The translations under genes and the position numbers were made by a program. The notes beneath the pieces were generated by a model. That model had not been told where the DNA came from. It ran no database searches and saw only the letters and a program-made list of their open reading frames with translations. Source: Eledone cirrhosa (Eukaryota). Taken from it: DNA of 64,000 bases. Positions within the stretch are counted from its first letter, which is position 1. Each line of letters opens with the position of its first letter. The stretch lies in NCBI GenBank assembly GCA_964016885.1, contig OZ024742.1:43152001-43216000 (forward strand). Direction: 5' to 3'. Positions 47,180 to 60,519 of the stretch are shown here, piece after piece.

Positions 47180-47506
47180 TTAAATCAACTCCAGTGCATT
47201 ACTGGTACTTTATTTTATCGACCCTGTAAGGATGAAAGGTAAAGCGAGCATCCAGTAGAAGTCAAACTCCCATGTCTTGGATGACACAGTGAGACATCAA
47301 TAGTTCAATTCCCACATCAACAATTAGTTCAAAATATAAACATACATATTTCATTAGGATAATAATTTGAAAACTAAAATAAATTCAATTATAAAATTGT
47401 TTATTTTGTAACTAAAGATAATTAAATTTTCTGTGTTTTTCCTTACAGATATAATAATTATTCTATAGCTTCAGTAGAAAAATATTTATCTTCCATTTAT
47501 GTCATT

Positions 47507-47604
47507 CTATTTCCATTCCTGGACTTTCCGTTCTGACACATAGTTACCACGAGGTTCTTTAACATTAGGAAGCAATAAAGCAAGATATACTGGAGTGTCA
47601 GCAC
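47507..47604 (-). CDS. CBR1: Carbonyl reductase [NADPH] 1-like, last coding exon
   Basis: ag|GT GCT..: (G)ADTPVYLALLLPNVKEPRGNYVSERKVQEWK*; possible AATAAA at 47400-47405. Confidence 0.9.
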
Positions 47605-48479
47605 CTAGTGGAAAGACAGAAAAAAATAAAACATTTATATATATATATATATATATATATTTTACACATGTTTGGATGTACAAACAGATGAAAGAGTATT
47701 CAATATTTTAAGCTATATAAGTCAGTGAATTGGTAGTCTTAAGGCAGTTAGATAGAATGCTTGGCAGAATTTGTTCTAGCTCTTTGCACTCTGAGTTCAA
47801 ATCATGCATAGGTCAACTTTGTTTTTCATCCCTTGAGGGTTGATAAAGTACCATGACCATGATACAGCTTGTGCCTAGGGTTCAGCATACCAAGGAGTCT
47901 TCTTCAAGACTGACCAGACTTGTATCATTGGGCTAGCGATTGTATAGGTTGTTGATATTTATGACATTGACAAACACAAACAGCCATAAGAAAATAATAT
48001 GGATGTATTTATAAAATTGTCACTATAGTGAGGCAGGCTAACAGGTGAGATAAAACATTCCTTTCTTTTACTTTCTCTCGCTTTCTTTTTTATTCTACCA
48101 TCTCATCTTATTTTTCTTTTATATCCTCTTTATTTTTTTTACCCCATTCTTACTCTTGTCCACAGACTGGTGTCAACATTTTATTTCTCACTTCCAGGAA
48201 GAAATTGGTTATGTCCACACCTCAAGTGGGATGAGCTCCACTAGATTTAAAGCTAATTCCCTTCCTAATACACATGCTCACACTGATCCTGACAACAAAG
48301 ACCAGTCTTTCATGGGCAGATCAAGATGATTAAACACCAGTCATTAACAGACAATAAGAACAATCATTTTATTGCCATCTTCCTTGCTAAACAGGGATTA
48401 GCTTTGCAAGCCACATAATATATAATATGATATAATGCTTTCTTTATTAACCACAAGGGTTGATAATAATATGGTATAA

Positions 48480-48955
48480 TGAAAATTATTGTGTACAGTG
48501 CTCAAGTGCACTACAAGTCATCAAAGGTGCATGTATAGTACATAGAATAATGTACACACAGATATGATATACACACAGATATGATATACACACAGAAGAA
48601 AGTACCCACCATGTTTGAGAAGCAGGACAACACCAGCAGAGTTGTGCTTATTCTTAAGGTGATATTGCAGATGTAAATTCTATAGTTGTTATGGAATTTG
48701 ATGTCAGAGGTGAAGGAGATGGTACGTTTCAGTTTTCAACAGTAAAAATGCCTGCATAGCATTCAGTAATGAGTTCTGCACAATCTTTGGGATCATCAGT
48801 AATCTGGCTTGTGTGGGGATTGCGAAGAGGATCAACTGGAGAGTGAGGTCTCTGCTTTGAATGTACATATTTCCAGAACACTTTGGTGTCAGAGTTGGTT
48901 GCTATACACTGTTTAACTTGAAGCACTACCTTTTTTTTGTCACCTGTTTGAGGTC
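48480..48955 (-). mobile_element. Internally deleted CR1 fragment with 3' end
   Basis: KVFWKYVHSKQRPHSPV matches ORF2 at ~5420; 3' end matches 7273-7310. Confidence 0.8.
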
Positions 48956-48974
48956 GTTTTTTTTTTTTGTTTCC

Positions 48975-50430
48975 GTTAAAGTGATGTTATATCTTCCACG
49001 CTAGCATGGGTTTAGACGGGAATTGTCCCACTTGGGGCAAGATTGGTTATCTTGCTCGTGTAGGACTGTCTGGCATGTTTTTCTACGGCTGGATGCCCTT
49101 CCTAACACCAACCACGTTTACAGTGTGGACTGGGAGGTTTTTACCGTGTTACCTACACGGCCACATTACAGCGTGGACTGTGTATTTTTTTGTCGTGACA
49201 CCTACACAACCTCATTTATTTAGGACTGGATGTTGTGGTACCAACATAACTTTACATCGAAAGGGGTGGGGTAGGGGTAGTGGGACGGGGGTGTATTTTG
49301 GTTAAGAGGTGCCTACTGACTGTAGGTTTCGCTTTGTACTTAGGTAAGGCGGGTCTTCTGTATTACTGTGTAGCGCCAAAGATCTCAGTCCAGTGACATT
49401 ATCTTGGAGAGGTGTAAGTGTGTAAAGTCGGAATTTATCAAGTCGTCCCAGGTTTTTCTGGGTCTGCCTACTCCGTAGCTACCGTCTATTTTGATCGCCC
49501 TGCACTTTTTTATACAGCTGTCGTCTTTCATGTGCATCACGTAACCATACCAACATAGTCTTCTCTCGAGTAAACAGCATCTGATCCCTCTTATTCCTAA
49601 TTTCTCACTTAGTTCATTTATGCTTTGCCGTTCACGTATATTACTATTACACATCCAACGGAGCATGCAAGCTTCGTTCCTCTCCAGTCTGCATAGATCC
49701 TCTACACACAATGCCCATGTCTCACTGCCATGTAACATAGCTGTTCGTATGCAGGCACCATACAGTTTGCCTTTCATTTTTAGAGAGAAACCTTTAGTGG
49801 CCAAAAGTGGTACAAGCTCTCTGAACTTTTTCCATCCCGTTCTGACTCTAGCTACTGTACTTTCAGAGCACCCTCCACCACTGCTGATTTTGTCACCCAG
49901 GTAACGGAAGGTGTCCACTATTTCTATAGAACCATCTGGGCAATGGAATGAGCTAGTATCCTGTGGGCACCAGCCACATATAAAATCTATGTTCTAAGTT
50001 AGCTTACCTGTGATCCCACATCTTTTATGCACCCATACTTTGCATTTAGGACATAAAATAGAGTTTCTGCCTACTCCTTTCCTACACACTAAGCATGGCC
50101 ATTTCCCAGAGGGCCCCAGTGCCCTATTTTCCTTCCTACATACTAGAACTTTAGTCTTAGACAAGTTAATTTTAAGGCCTTTTGTCTCTAGGCCATGCTT
50201 CCATGCTTGGAATTTCTTCTCTAGTTCAGCCATTGATTCAGCTATGAGCGTTAGATCATCTGCGTATAGAAGTTCCCATGGGCAGCCGGTCTTGAACTCC
50301 TCTGTTATAGCCTGAAGGGCAATAATAAATAGGAGGGGGCTAAGGACAGAGCCCTGATGAACACCAACTTTTACGCTAAACTCTTCACTATATTTGTTGT
50401 TAATTCTAACCTTGCTAACTGTTTCTTTAA
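48975..50430 (-). mobile_element. 5'-truncated RTE LINE (same family as 40125-43590)
   Basis: YADD, PHD insert, FRYLGD, GSETW, shared 3' UTR. Confidence 0.85.
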
Positions 50431-51222
50431 TATATCATGATGATGATGATGTATATATATATATACACACGCTGTAATGTGGCCATGTAGGTAACACGGT
50501 AAAAAGTTCCCAGTTCCACACTGTAAATGTGGTTGGTGTTAGGAAGGGCATCCAGCCGTAGAAAACCTGCCAGATAGTCCTATATGAGCGAGACACGGTC
50601 ACCCGGGCCAGCCTTGCGTCAAGTGGGACAACTCCCGTCTAACCCATGCTAGCGTGGAAAATGGACGTTAAACGAAGATGATGATGATGATGATATATAT
50701 ATATTTGTGTGTATATATACATATATCATCATCATCACCGTTTCATGTCTATTCTTCCATGCTAGCATGGGTTAGATGAGTTGCCCTGTTGTGGGCAATG
50801 CTAGGTCAGGTGCTTGGTTTCTACAGCTTGATGCCCTTCCTAACACCCACCCCATTTAAAGTGAGTACTGGGTGCCTTTTGATTCATGCCTACACAACCA
50901 TTTTACAATAATGAATACTGTAATTCTTGTGAAATGTGTTAAAAGGGCAGTTTTCGGTGATAGTATTATGTTTAGATAGTAGAGCCGTGGTCATGCGTTG
51001 TTCCTGGTTGCCATCTTTATCTTCTCCAATTTGTTCTTTTTTCTGTATCTCCTCTTATCCAACCCTCCTGGCTTTCATTTTCTCCTCCATCTTTAACCTT
51101 GTCTTGCTTGGTCTTCCCTTTATTCTACCTCTTCCACATTCATTTCCATCGCTTCCATGAACATGATGAATTTGAATTTATCATGTAAAAAAAAAAAAAG
51201 TTAGATAGAACACCTTACTTAC

Positions 51223-51286
51223 CTTCATCTATAGTTTTATGTCCTTCATGACTTGTCATATCAGTATCAACATAACCAGGAGAGCA
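51223..51286 (-). CDS. CBR1: CBR1-like exon
   Basis: cag|CSPGYVDTDMTSHEGHKTIDE(G)|gtaag; phases 0/1 fit the neighbouring exons. Confidence 0.9.
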
Positions 51287-52975
51287 CTGAAACAGAGAAG
51301 ACAAATTATTATTTTGAGTAATGAATGTGTGTGGCTTAGTGGTTAACCCTTTTGATACCATTGCACCCAAAACTGGCTTTGGTTCTATGAATAATTTACA
51401 CCCATTTTAAATAGTTTCTATTTAAATTAATATCTTCGAACATAATTATATTTAAGGACTATATGTTAAATTTATTTGCAATAAAATAATCAATCATTTT
51501 CATAAATCCTACAAAATATATCATCAATTGAAAGAAAATAGTATTTCATCAAAAATAAGGTAATGAAAGGGTTAACAATGTTTAAATTTAACTCTTGCAG
51601 TTAAAATTTAGAATGTAGATCAAATCTTTTGAGCTTAAGCCATTTCTGACTTTTAAACATTTTGATACCAGCCTCCCTCTAACTGCCTCTGGTCTCTGAA
51701 GCAAATGTAAACATTTTAAAGGGTTCTTATCTAAATTAAAATCTTCCAACATAATTTTATATAAAAACCATATGTTAAATTATTATATTAGTAATGAAAT
51801 AATTAATGATTTTAGAAAATCCCTCAAAATTCTTTATTAATTAATTAAAATAGAATGTATATCATTGGAAATACAAACACGAAAAGTTTAAAGAGTTGAG
51901 TTTATAATCGCTGGTAAGAATTCCTTGTGGTACTTAATTATGTCCCAAGTTTACATCTTACAGAGATTGTCTCTGCTTTTCATCTTTCCAACATCAATAA
52001 AGTATAGGTTAAGTTCTTGAGTTAACAGCACCCATATTGCAAAATTTTCAAATATGATAGAACACACAAGAACAACAAACATTTTAAAACCATTTTCCCA
52101 TGTTAAATCAGGGATTGGCCTTGCAAAACCCATGACAAGCTTCTCCATTTTGTATTATCATCTGCATCTCCTTCACCAATCCCTTGGATTCATTTCGTCT
52201 CCCCTCAGTTTTAACCATGTCTTTCTTGATCTTCCCCTTTCTCTACTTCCTTCCACATTCATTTCCTTCACCCCTCTCACCCAGTCATTTTCATATATAA
52301 TACCAATATTAATTGCACTTCTATCATTGAAGACTGTGTCTTTGGATTTGCCTGCAGTTACATTTCTGGCTAATGATTAGGTCTTCCTGTTAACTTTGAT
52401 CATATATCTGATTGATCAGAGCTGATTAATGAACTTAAACAAAAACAACCCCACCAATAACTGTTCTTATCTTTTCTAATTATTGGGGTGGGGGGCAGTT
52501 CAACCATTCAAAATATAATCTAAATTTTGTAGTATTTGTAAAAAAAAAAATATATAAAATTTAATTGAATTGAAATGAAATGGAAAACATAAAATATCAA
52601 AAACCCTTTTATATTCTTTTACTAGTTTTAAAATCTGGATTGTGGCTATTGTATAGCCTTTAAATTGATTTTTTGTTTTAATTTGTAATAAAAAATGTAA
52701 CCCTACGATACCAAACCATCTCTGGTTCTATGATACAAAATTGTTTATATTTATCTAAAAACATACCATCATAATTTAATGTAGAAACCTTTGTTAACTA
52801 GAAATTTGAAAAATAGATTAGTCAATTAAATCAAGGCCAGTACTTGATTGGTAGTTTATTGTATGGCCCCCACCCCAGAAGAATGAAAGGCAAAGTCAAT
52901 CTTGATGGGACTGAAATTCAGATCACAAAGGACCACACCTGAATACTCATTCTCTCTTATATACACATATATACA

Positions 52976-53335
52976 TCAGGTCCAAACACAAAAGAACCAA
53001 ACTCTCACCGTCACTGCCGCTGTCTCACCCATTCTCCCCCATCTTTCACTATTGTGAGCAAATGGGAGTCCCCATGCTGGCCGCCCCACGGCCGCGGCAG
53101 GCTGGGGGACACCCTGCTGCCCTGGTGGACAGAATAGAAAAGGCGTTTCCACGGAGGACGGCGTGGGAGACACGCTGGAAGATCAATTCCAGCTCACAAG
53201 GCTCACACCTGCAGGTGGTCAACTCTGTGCCGATGGTGGTGAACAAGGAGGTGGCCCTAAGGCCAAGGACACCAGAAGTCTCCACTGCCACTGGCTCGAC
53301 CGAAAACCTGTTGGAGAGTGGTTCCAAACACCATC
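52976..53335 (-). mobile_element. CRE-like LINE 3' end
   Basis: VEPVAVETSGVLG...FQRVSHAVLRGNAFSIL. Confidence 0.8.
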
Positions 53336-53469
53336 TTAATGAGGAAATCAATTATATTACTAAATACCTCCACATTCTTGATTATTTTTTTTATATAATT
53401 TGAAAACAAGCAATACCATTCATTAAAAATATGTTCATAAAAAGGTTAAATGAAATAATTAATAATTAC

Positions 53470-53611
53470 TGCATTAACAACAACATCTTCTTTGCCTTCA
53501 GCATCTAAAACTCTTTGTTGAATTACAGACATGGCAGTTACTCCCATCTTAGAAACACCATAGGCTGTTGTTGGCCAACCTTTTGCTTCATGATCACCAT
53601 TTTTCACATCA
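53470..53611 (-). CDS. CBR1: CBR1-like exon with catalytic YxxxK
   Basis: cag|(S)DVKNGDHEAKGWPTTAYGVSKMGVTAMSVIQQRVLDAEGKEDVVVNA|gtaat; phases 2/0. Confidence 0.92.
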
Positions 53612-53899
53612 CTGAAGTTAAAATTGTAAAATATATTAAATAAATTATTTTAATGAATAAATTAAACATTTAATAAACAGTTATAGTATTGTTGTTCAAG
53701 CCCAAGTCACACCAGCTGAAGAAACCTATTTATCATCAAAAACACTCTACCTATGACCAGTGTTCTTTTTGTTGTTTTTAGTTATTATAGAGGGATATGA
53801 GGGAGATTTGGATACTATTTCTAGCACCTCGTGTGGTCACAGAAAGGCTCATTAGCTATAGTGTATTACTATAATATTTACCATATTATATTGTTTATT

Positions 53900-54085
53900 A
53901 TATAATTGTTTCTACTTTTTGGTACAAGGCCAGCAATTACCCCAGTGCATTACTGGTACTTTATTTTATCGAGCCTGTAAGGATGAAAGGCAAAGTTAAC
54001 CTCGGTAGGATTTGAACTCAGAACATAAAGGGCCAAAACCTTATGCTACAAAGCATGGCGTCCAGCCCTCTACCAATACTGCCAA
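53900..54085 (-). mobile_element. SINE, same family as 720-912
   Basis: Near full-length match. Confidence 0.8.
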
Positions 54086-54514
54086 ACAGAAAGTGCTGAA
54101 TATTGTAACAGAGTAAATTTGAACACTGTTTTCTACAATATAATCTAAACAGTTTTATAAAATATAATTTGAACTTTGTTTTATAATAATACTAGCAGCA
54201 GGCGTTGCATGGGGTAAGAAACGTGAAATAGCAACACGCATATGCAAAGATTGAGGAATGTAGCTGTGTACTTTTTGAATTCCCTTATTCTCAAGGAATT
54301 ATTGTTCATCTACTGAAAATGTAGAACACCAGCAGGCCAAATCCAGTAGTACCAGAGTCAGTGGGCTAATAGCAGAAATCTTGTATGCAAAAGGAGTAAA
54401 TGTTGTGGGGCGATGTATGTCGTAAGTCTGTTCGCGAATTACATCACGGATGGGGAACACACGCCAGTCTGAAGGAGTGACGTAGTCAATTGTGTGAAAA
54501 CCAAGCTATCCATA

Positions 54515-55390
54515 TTGAGTCCAGGATGCTCTGGAGTATAGTGTTCACATCTCCAGAGTCCTAGAACTCATGCCAGTTTGGGCGCTGTAGCTCAGTGCAG
54601 TACAAGTTCCAATCTGCTTTCTTCCAATCAAAGCAAGCAGATTGGAGATGGTTCTGGTTTTTGTTGCTGCCCGCAAGAGCCAGATTGGCAATGATCATAG
54701 CATGATCAGAGTCACCTAGAGGTTCCTCAGTAGTACAACTGATAACCACTTCAGGAGTAGTGGTGAAGATCAGGTCCAAAGTGTTGTCACCTCTTGTTGG
54801 AGAGGTGACTACTTGTGATCAGTTTGAGTCCAGCACTAGCTCAAGGAAATCGTTTGCACTTTGTGGCCAACGAAAGGTTTCCCAATCGATCTCAGGATGA
54901 TTGAAGTCACCTGCAATAAACACATAAGTGGCTGTTTTCCTGGCAGCAGCTCTGAGGATATCGCAAAGCTGTATGTCCTGATGGTAGTTTGGGGGGCGAT
55001 AAACAACACCAAGCAGAAATGTTGACATGATCATACCTATGTCACAAAAAAAAACTTCTTGTGATTCGTTCAAATCAACGCAAGGGATTACCGAAAAGTT
55101 TGAACGAATGTAGACCATCACACTACCACCACGGCGATTAATGCGGTCCTTGCAGAAAAGGTTGTACCCAGTAATGCTGAAAACCCCATCACAGAGTAAG
55201 GAATGTGCCCATGTTTCCGTGACTGTGATGAAGTTAGGGTCGATGCTTCTGACGTAGGAGTTAAACAGATGCATCTTGTTGCATAAACTTCGAACATTTA
55301 AGGACAACAATTTGTACCCTGCTTGCAGTTTATGATGGTGTGTAGAGGATGGCAGGTTATTCTGGTTTAGTTTCCCAAAGTTGTTGCATT
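54515..55390 (-). mobile_element. CR1 fragment (ORF1 end + APE domain)
   Basis: TLGN* then LSLNVRSL..TETW..GDFN..SDH, paralogous to 4310-5180. Confidence 0.85.
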
Positions 55391-56146
55391 TTTTTCATGT
55401 ATGTTAGCGTGTGAGCCCTCTATGGCAGTAGTGAAGTAGTGCTCATAGTTAATACATGCTGCATGTATTAACCTCCTTAACAACCTCCTTAATAGAGAAT
55501 GAGAAGTAGAGGAAAGTATATAAGGCTCTCCCAACAAGTGGTAAATTTCCATTGGTTCCAATTATATATGTTCTAGTTGATTCAATCAACAGAAATGAAA
55601 TCAACAGGCAAGTGGCTGAGTAGTTCACTGACATATATGTTAAGGGAGATTTATCATGATATACAGTGTGTGTTCCAAACCATGAAATCTAAGGATAATT
55701 TACTAAATAAAAAACAGGAACTAATTATTTTATGCAATCATAAAATCCTGAAAACATTTAAATACTATAAACCCACCTAATACTTGAAATCATCATCATC
55801 ATCGTGTAACGTCTATCTTCCACGCTAGCATGGGCGAGACGGGAATTGTCCCACTTGAGGCAAGGTTGATCGAGTAACCGTGTCTCGCTCATATAGGACT
55901 AACTGGCAGGTTTTCTATTGCTGGATGCCCTTCCTAACACCAACCACATTTACAGTGGGGTCTGATTATAACTAGTTTCTTCAACCAAGTGAGACATAAC
56001 TGGAAATAATATACTCTTACTCAAATAAAATATCTATAAAATAAATGAATGTTGGTAATTACTTAAATCAGCAATATATATCTAAAAGCCGACTGAACAC
56101 CAGGCCAGCCCTAGGCTGAACAGATTCAAGATGAAATAATGCATAC

Positions 56147-56275
56147 CTAACAAACTGAGCCATCAAATTTTCCAGCTGTGGTATAGTCAAGTCTTTAGCA
56201 GTGAATTTCGCTCTCAGTTCTTTGGAACATTTCTGAAGTGACATTATGGAGACCATACTGGAAACATTGACCACC
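56147..56275 (-). CDS. CBR1: CBR1-like exon with catalytic Ser
   Basis: tag|(R)VVNVSSMVSIMSLQKCSKELRAKFTAKDLTIPQLENLMAQFV|gtatg; phases 2/2. Confidence 0.92.
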
Positions 56276-56726
56276 CTAAAACAAAAATACAAAATATAAT
56301 TGATACTAGATAACACTGAGAAAAGCCTACAGCCTAATTAGAACCAACACCAAATATCACAGATCACTATGGCATTTTTAAGTGTTTTATTTATAAGTTT
56401 ATACATACATACATACATATATACATACATATGCATACACACACACATAATCAAGGACTTGAAAAATTCCACTGTTCTCTCTCTTTCCTCCCATCTCTCA
56501 CACAAACACGCTTATCATCTCCTTTTCATAAAGATTTGTTACAGCATGAGAGTAAAAAGAAACATTTCAACATTGCTGCTACAACAATTACCATTACTCT
56601 CTCTCTCTCTCATATGCACATGACTACTGAGACAGCTGTGACATGACTCAGTTTAAAACATTCATAGTGAGACCCCTGTATGTTTATTATACATAAATAT
56701 ATTGCATATGCCTTCATATCCACCTC

Positions 56727-56759
<33 letters not shown>

Positions 56760-57170
56760 TACAGTAACATTACATGATAGGGTACGTAGCTCAGAGAGCA
56801 GGGAGTCACTCCAAGTAAAGCCACTACATCTCCAAATTGAGATATCACAGCTTCGATACAACAGACATTTTGTCAGAATGTCTAAGGAAAGAATTGGTGA
56901 ACAGATTTTATGGGCAAAACCAACCAGCAGGTAACCTTGGAGTAGACCATGAGAAAGATGGTTGGATAACATCCATGAGCTCAGTTGGTCTCCCTTGGGG
57001 ATTCAACCAGATCAGTTGGAGACAGTTGCTTCAGACAGGACCCAATGGAAGACGTGCTTGAGGACTCTACCTCCACAATCCTCCCAAGAAAAAGGAAGAA
57101 AAGACAAAAAAGAAAAAGGGATAATGAAAAAAAAAAGATGGAGACGAAGAAGAAGATACATAATACATAC

Positions 57171-57283
57171 CTGGCATGAGGACGTAAAAGTGGAAAGATT
57201 TGTTGACAAACATTCAAAGTCCCAGTAAAATTACATCCTACAGTCACCTCTACCTGCTCAGTGAAGGGGGCAGTTGATGTTTG
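57171..57283 (-). CDS. CBR1: CBR1-like exon
   Basis: tag|QTSTAPFTEQVEVTVGCNFTGTLNVCQQIFPLLRPHA(R)|gtatg; phases 0/2. Confidence 0.92.
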
Positions 57284-57519
57284 CTAGAAAAGAAATTACA
57301 AAATGAAGAGATATAGTTCATTCATTACTCTTATTGTTGCTAGTTTAGGGCAGTGGATGAGGCAAATTGTTAAAGCATTAGACAATAATGCTTTGTGGTC
57401 TTTAGTTAAAGCTCTTTCCCTTTTATCCTTCCAGGGTTGATAAAATAAAGTACCAGTCAAATGCTGGAACCAATTTCCCCTCCCCACCAATGTAGATGTG
57501 TATGTTTATATATATATAG

Positions 57520-58800
57520 AGAGAGAGATGAGATACAGTTCCGATTTGTACCAGGTAAAAGTTCTACTGATGCTCTCTTCCTTGTGAGGCAACTGCAGAA
57601 GTACCTAGCTAAAAGTAAACCCCTATGCTTGGCATTAACTGGTGGGCTCCTAGAAAGCTAGGAGTAGATGAGTAGCCTATAAGGGCAGTACAAGCCATGT
57701 ATAGAGGAACAGTCAGCAAGGTAAGAATTAACAACTATAGTGAAGAATTTAGCGTGCAGGTAGGAGTACATCAAGGCTCTGTTCTTAGCCCTCTCCTGTT
57801 TATCATCATCCTGCAGGCTATAACTGAAGAGTCTAAAACTGATTGCTCTTCTGTATGTCGATGATCTAACCCTTATAGCTGAATCTATGGGAGAAGTAGA
57901 GGAAAAATTCCAAACATGGAAGCAAGGCCTAGAATCTGAAGGTAAAGTCAACCTGGCAAGGACTAAAGTCCTAGTATGTAAAAAGGATAACAGGGCCCAG
58001 TTTCTCTCAGGGAAATGGCCTTACTCAGTGTGCAGAAATGAGTAAGTAGGAACTTCATCTTATGCCCCAAATGTAAACTATGGGTACACAAGAGATGTAG
58101 TGGAATTTCAGGTAGGCTAACAAAGAACGCAGGTTTTATATGTGGTTGTTGCACAGGTGCAGTAAGTAGCAACAGCCCACAGGATACTAACTCCTTTAAA
58201 TGTCCAGAGGGCTCGGTAGAAATAGTTGATAGTTTCTGTTACCTGGGCAACCAAATTAGCAATGGAGGTAGATATTCCAAAAGTACGGTAGCTAGAGTGA
58301 GAACAGGATGGAGAAAGTTCAGGGAGCTACTACTACTGCTAGCCACAAAAGGTTTTTTCCTTAAAATGAAGGGCAGATTGTATGATGTGTGTATACAAAT
58401 AGCAATGTTACATGGCAGTGAGACCTGGATGCTGTGTGTAGAGGACCTATGAAGATTAGAAAGTAATGAAGCCTCCATGCTTCGATGGATATGTAATAAT
58501 AATATACATGAACAGCAAAACATAAATGAACTAAGAGAGAAACTGGGTATAAGAGGAGTCAGATGCAGTGTCCAGGAGAGGAAAATTGGTTGGTATGGAC
58601 ATGTGATGCATATGAAGGATAACAGCATGGGATAAAGATGCAGGAGGCTCAAGGTTGATGGAAGCTAAGGTGTAGGAAGACCAAGGAAGACTTATGATGA
58701 GGTGATAAAAGCTGACCTTGCATAATTGCACCTCTCGAAGGTGATGACACAGGATCGAGATTTCTGACGTTATGCAGTAATATAGAAGACCCACCTTCCC
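57520..58800 (+). mobile_element. Decayed RTE LINE
   Basis: FVPGKSSTDALF..RQLQ; GVHQGSVLSP; PHD insert; GSETW. Confidence 0.8.
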
Positions 58801-59309
58801 ATGTGCACAGGCTGAAGCATACATATAGTATTCCTCTCCAGCTTCCTCCCATGAACACAGGCTGAAGCATACATCTGGTATGCTTCATAATAACTGTTGA
58901 TTCCCCTAATCAGTAAGGATGTAGCCGTGAATGAAGTACATGTTCCCTTTTCTGTACTGGCTTTCATTGACTTATCTCTGACATTGGTTCATTTATTACT
59001 TCTGAAGAGATACATCTCTCATTATACATGCTAGGTTTAATATATATCTATTCTTCCTTATGTTTGTATTATTATTATTAATCGATAAAATAAAGTACCA
59101 GTAACACACTGGGGTAAATTTAATCGACTTTCCCCTCCCCTTCAAATTACTGGCCTTGTGCCAAAAGTAGAAACAATTATTTGCCGAGGTTAGCTTTGCC
59201 TTTCATCCTTATGGGGTCAATAAAATAAAGTATCAATAAAACATGGGGGTTGATTTAATCAACTTTCCTCTCCCACTAAATCAGAAATCATTATTATTAT
59301 TATTGTGTT

Positions 59310-59750
59310 ATTTCGTTTAGCTCAGTTCTGTTTCTCTATTGCCAGATTCAGGACTTGACCCTAGTGCATTAGAGGTTTTCATTGAAGAGAGAGAACTCAT
59401 CTGAGAATGTGTGCTGTTCCTAGTAACCTGATCTTCTGTAGCTCATATTTGCTGATCTTGTAGGTGCAGGTCTGAGGATGTGGGTATAAATCCTAATGCT
59501 CCTATTACAACAGGGATAGTGTTTGTGGTCATTCTCCACATACAGTTGATCTCTATTTCCAGGTCTTTGCATTTTGACAGTTTTTCCATTGTTTTTATAG
59601 ATGTATAAGGAAACATCCGATCTGTTTGGTTTTTTCATGATGATATCTGGTCTGTTGGCAGCGATTCCTCGGTTGGTCATCACAAGCATATCCCACAAGA
59701 TGGATATGTTGCCCTTTTCCATGACTGTTTTTGGTTGATGTTCATATCAT
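59310..59750 (-). mobile_element. R4/Dong-like LINE RLE fragment in TAA repeats
   Basis: HQPKTVME...ILWD...NRPDII...DLEIEI..MW..T.TIPVVIGALG; ATT/TAA runs on both sides. Confidence 0.7.
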
Positions 59751-60519
59751 TTATTATTATCATTATCAGTTCCACACTGTAAATGTGGTTGGTGTTAGGA
59801 AGGGCATCCAGTCATAGAAAACCTGCCAGATAGTCCTATATGAGCGAGACACGGTCACCCGACCAACCTTGCCTCAAGTGGAACAACTCCCGTTTAACCC
59901 ATGCTAGAGTGGAAGATGGACGTTAAACGATGATGATGATGATGTTGATGATTATCATTATTATTGTTTATTCTATTTTGTCTATCCTAGCTATATATTA
60001 TACTTTTTGCAGTCGTTTTTGTCCTCTTTTGCATACATATATCAGAGCATCTATAGGAATATGTCAAAGAAACTAAATGTAAGATTTATGCCTATCAGTG
60101 AAGTAAATAGCCAACAAACTTCTAGATTTAAAACTAAACTTTCTGTAAATCTATCTTCTAGGTCCTAGTAACCTGGTATAATTATTATTATTGTTATCTA
60201 AAACTAGTTAATAATTCTCCTAACTATAGGCTAAAATGTTATTAGCACCTGGCTACTTGTAAAAAAAAAAAAAAATGCAGACTTTGTACTGTGAAAATAT
60301 ATTATACACACCTAATTCTACTTAGCATAGCCTGAGCAGATTTTATACCGTAAACAGCATCCTGGGGGCTATTTAGTGCCCTCCCACCCCCAATGTTGAC
60401 TTGGTAGGTGGAGTTATCACCCTCATGACACAAACACTAAAGATAGTAACTATCAAGGGATCAAGTTATTGAATCAGGTCAGTTGCTGAAAGGGTTATTA
60501 GCACAACTAATTAGTGAAA

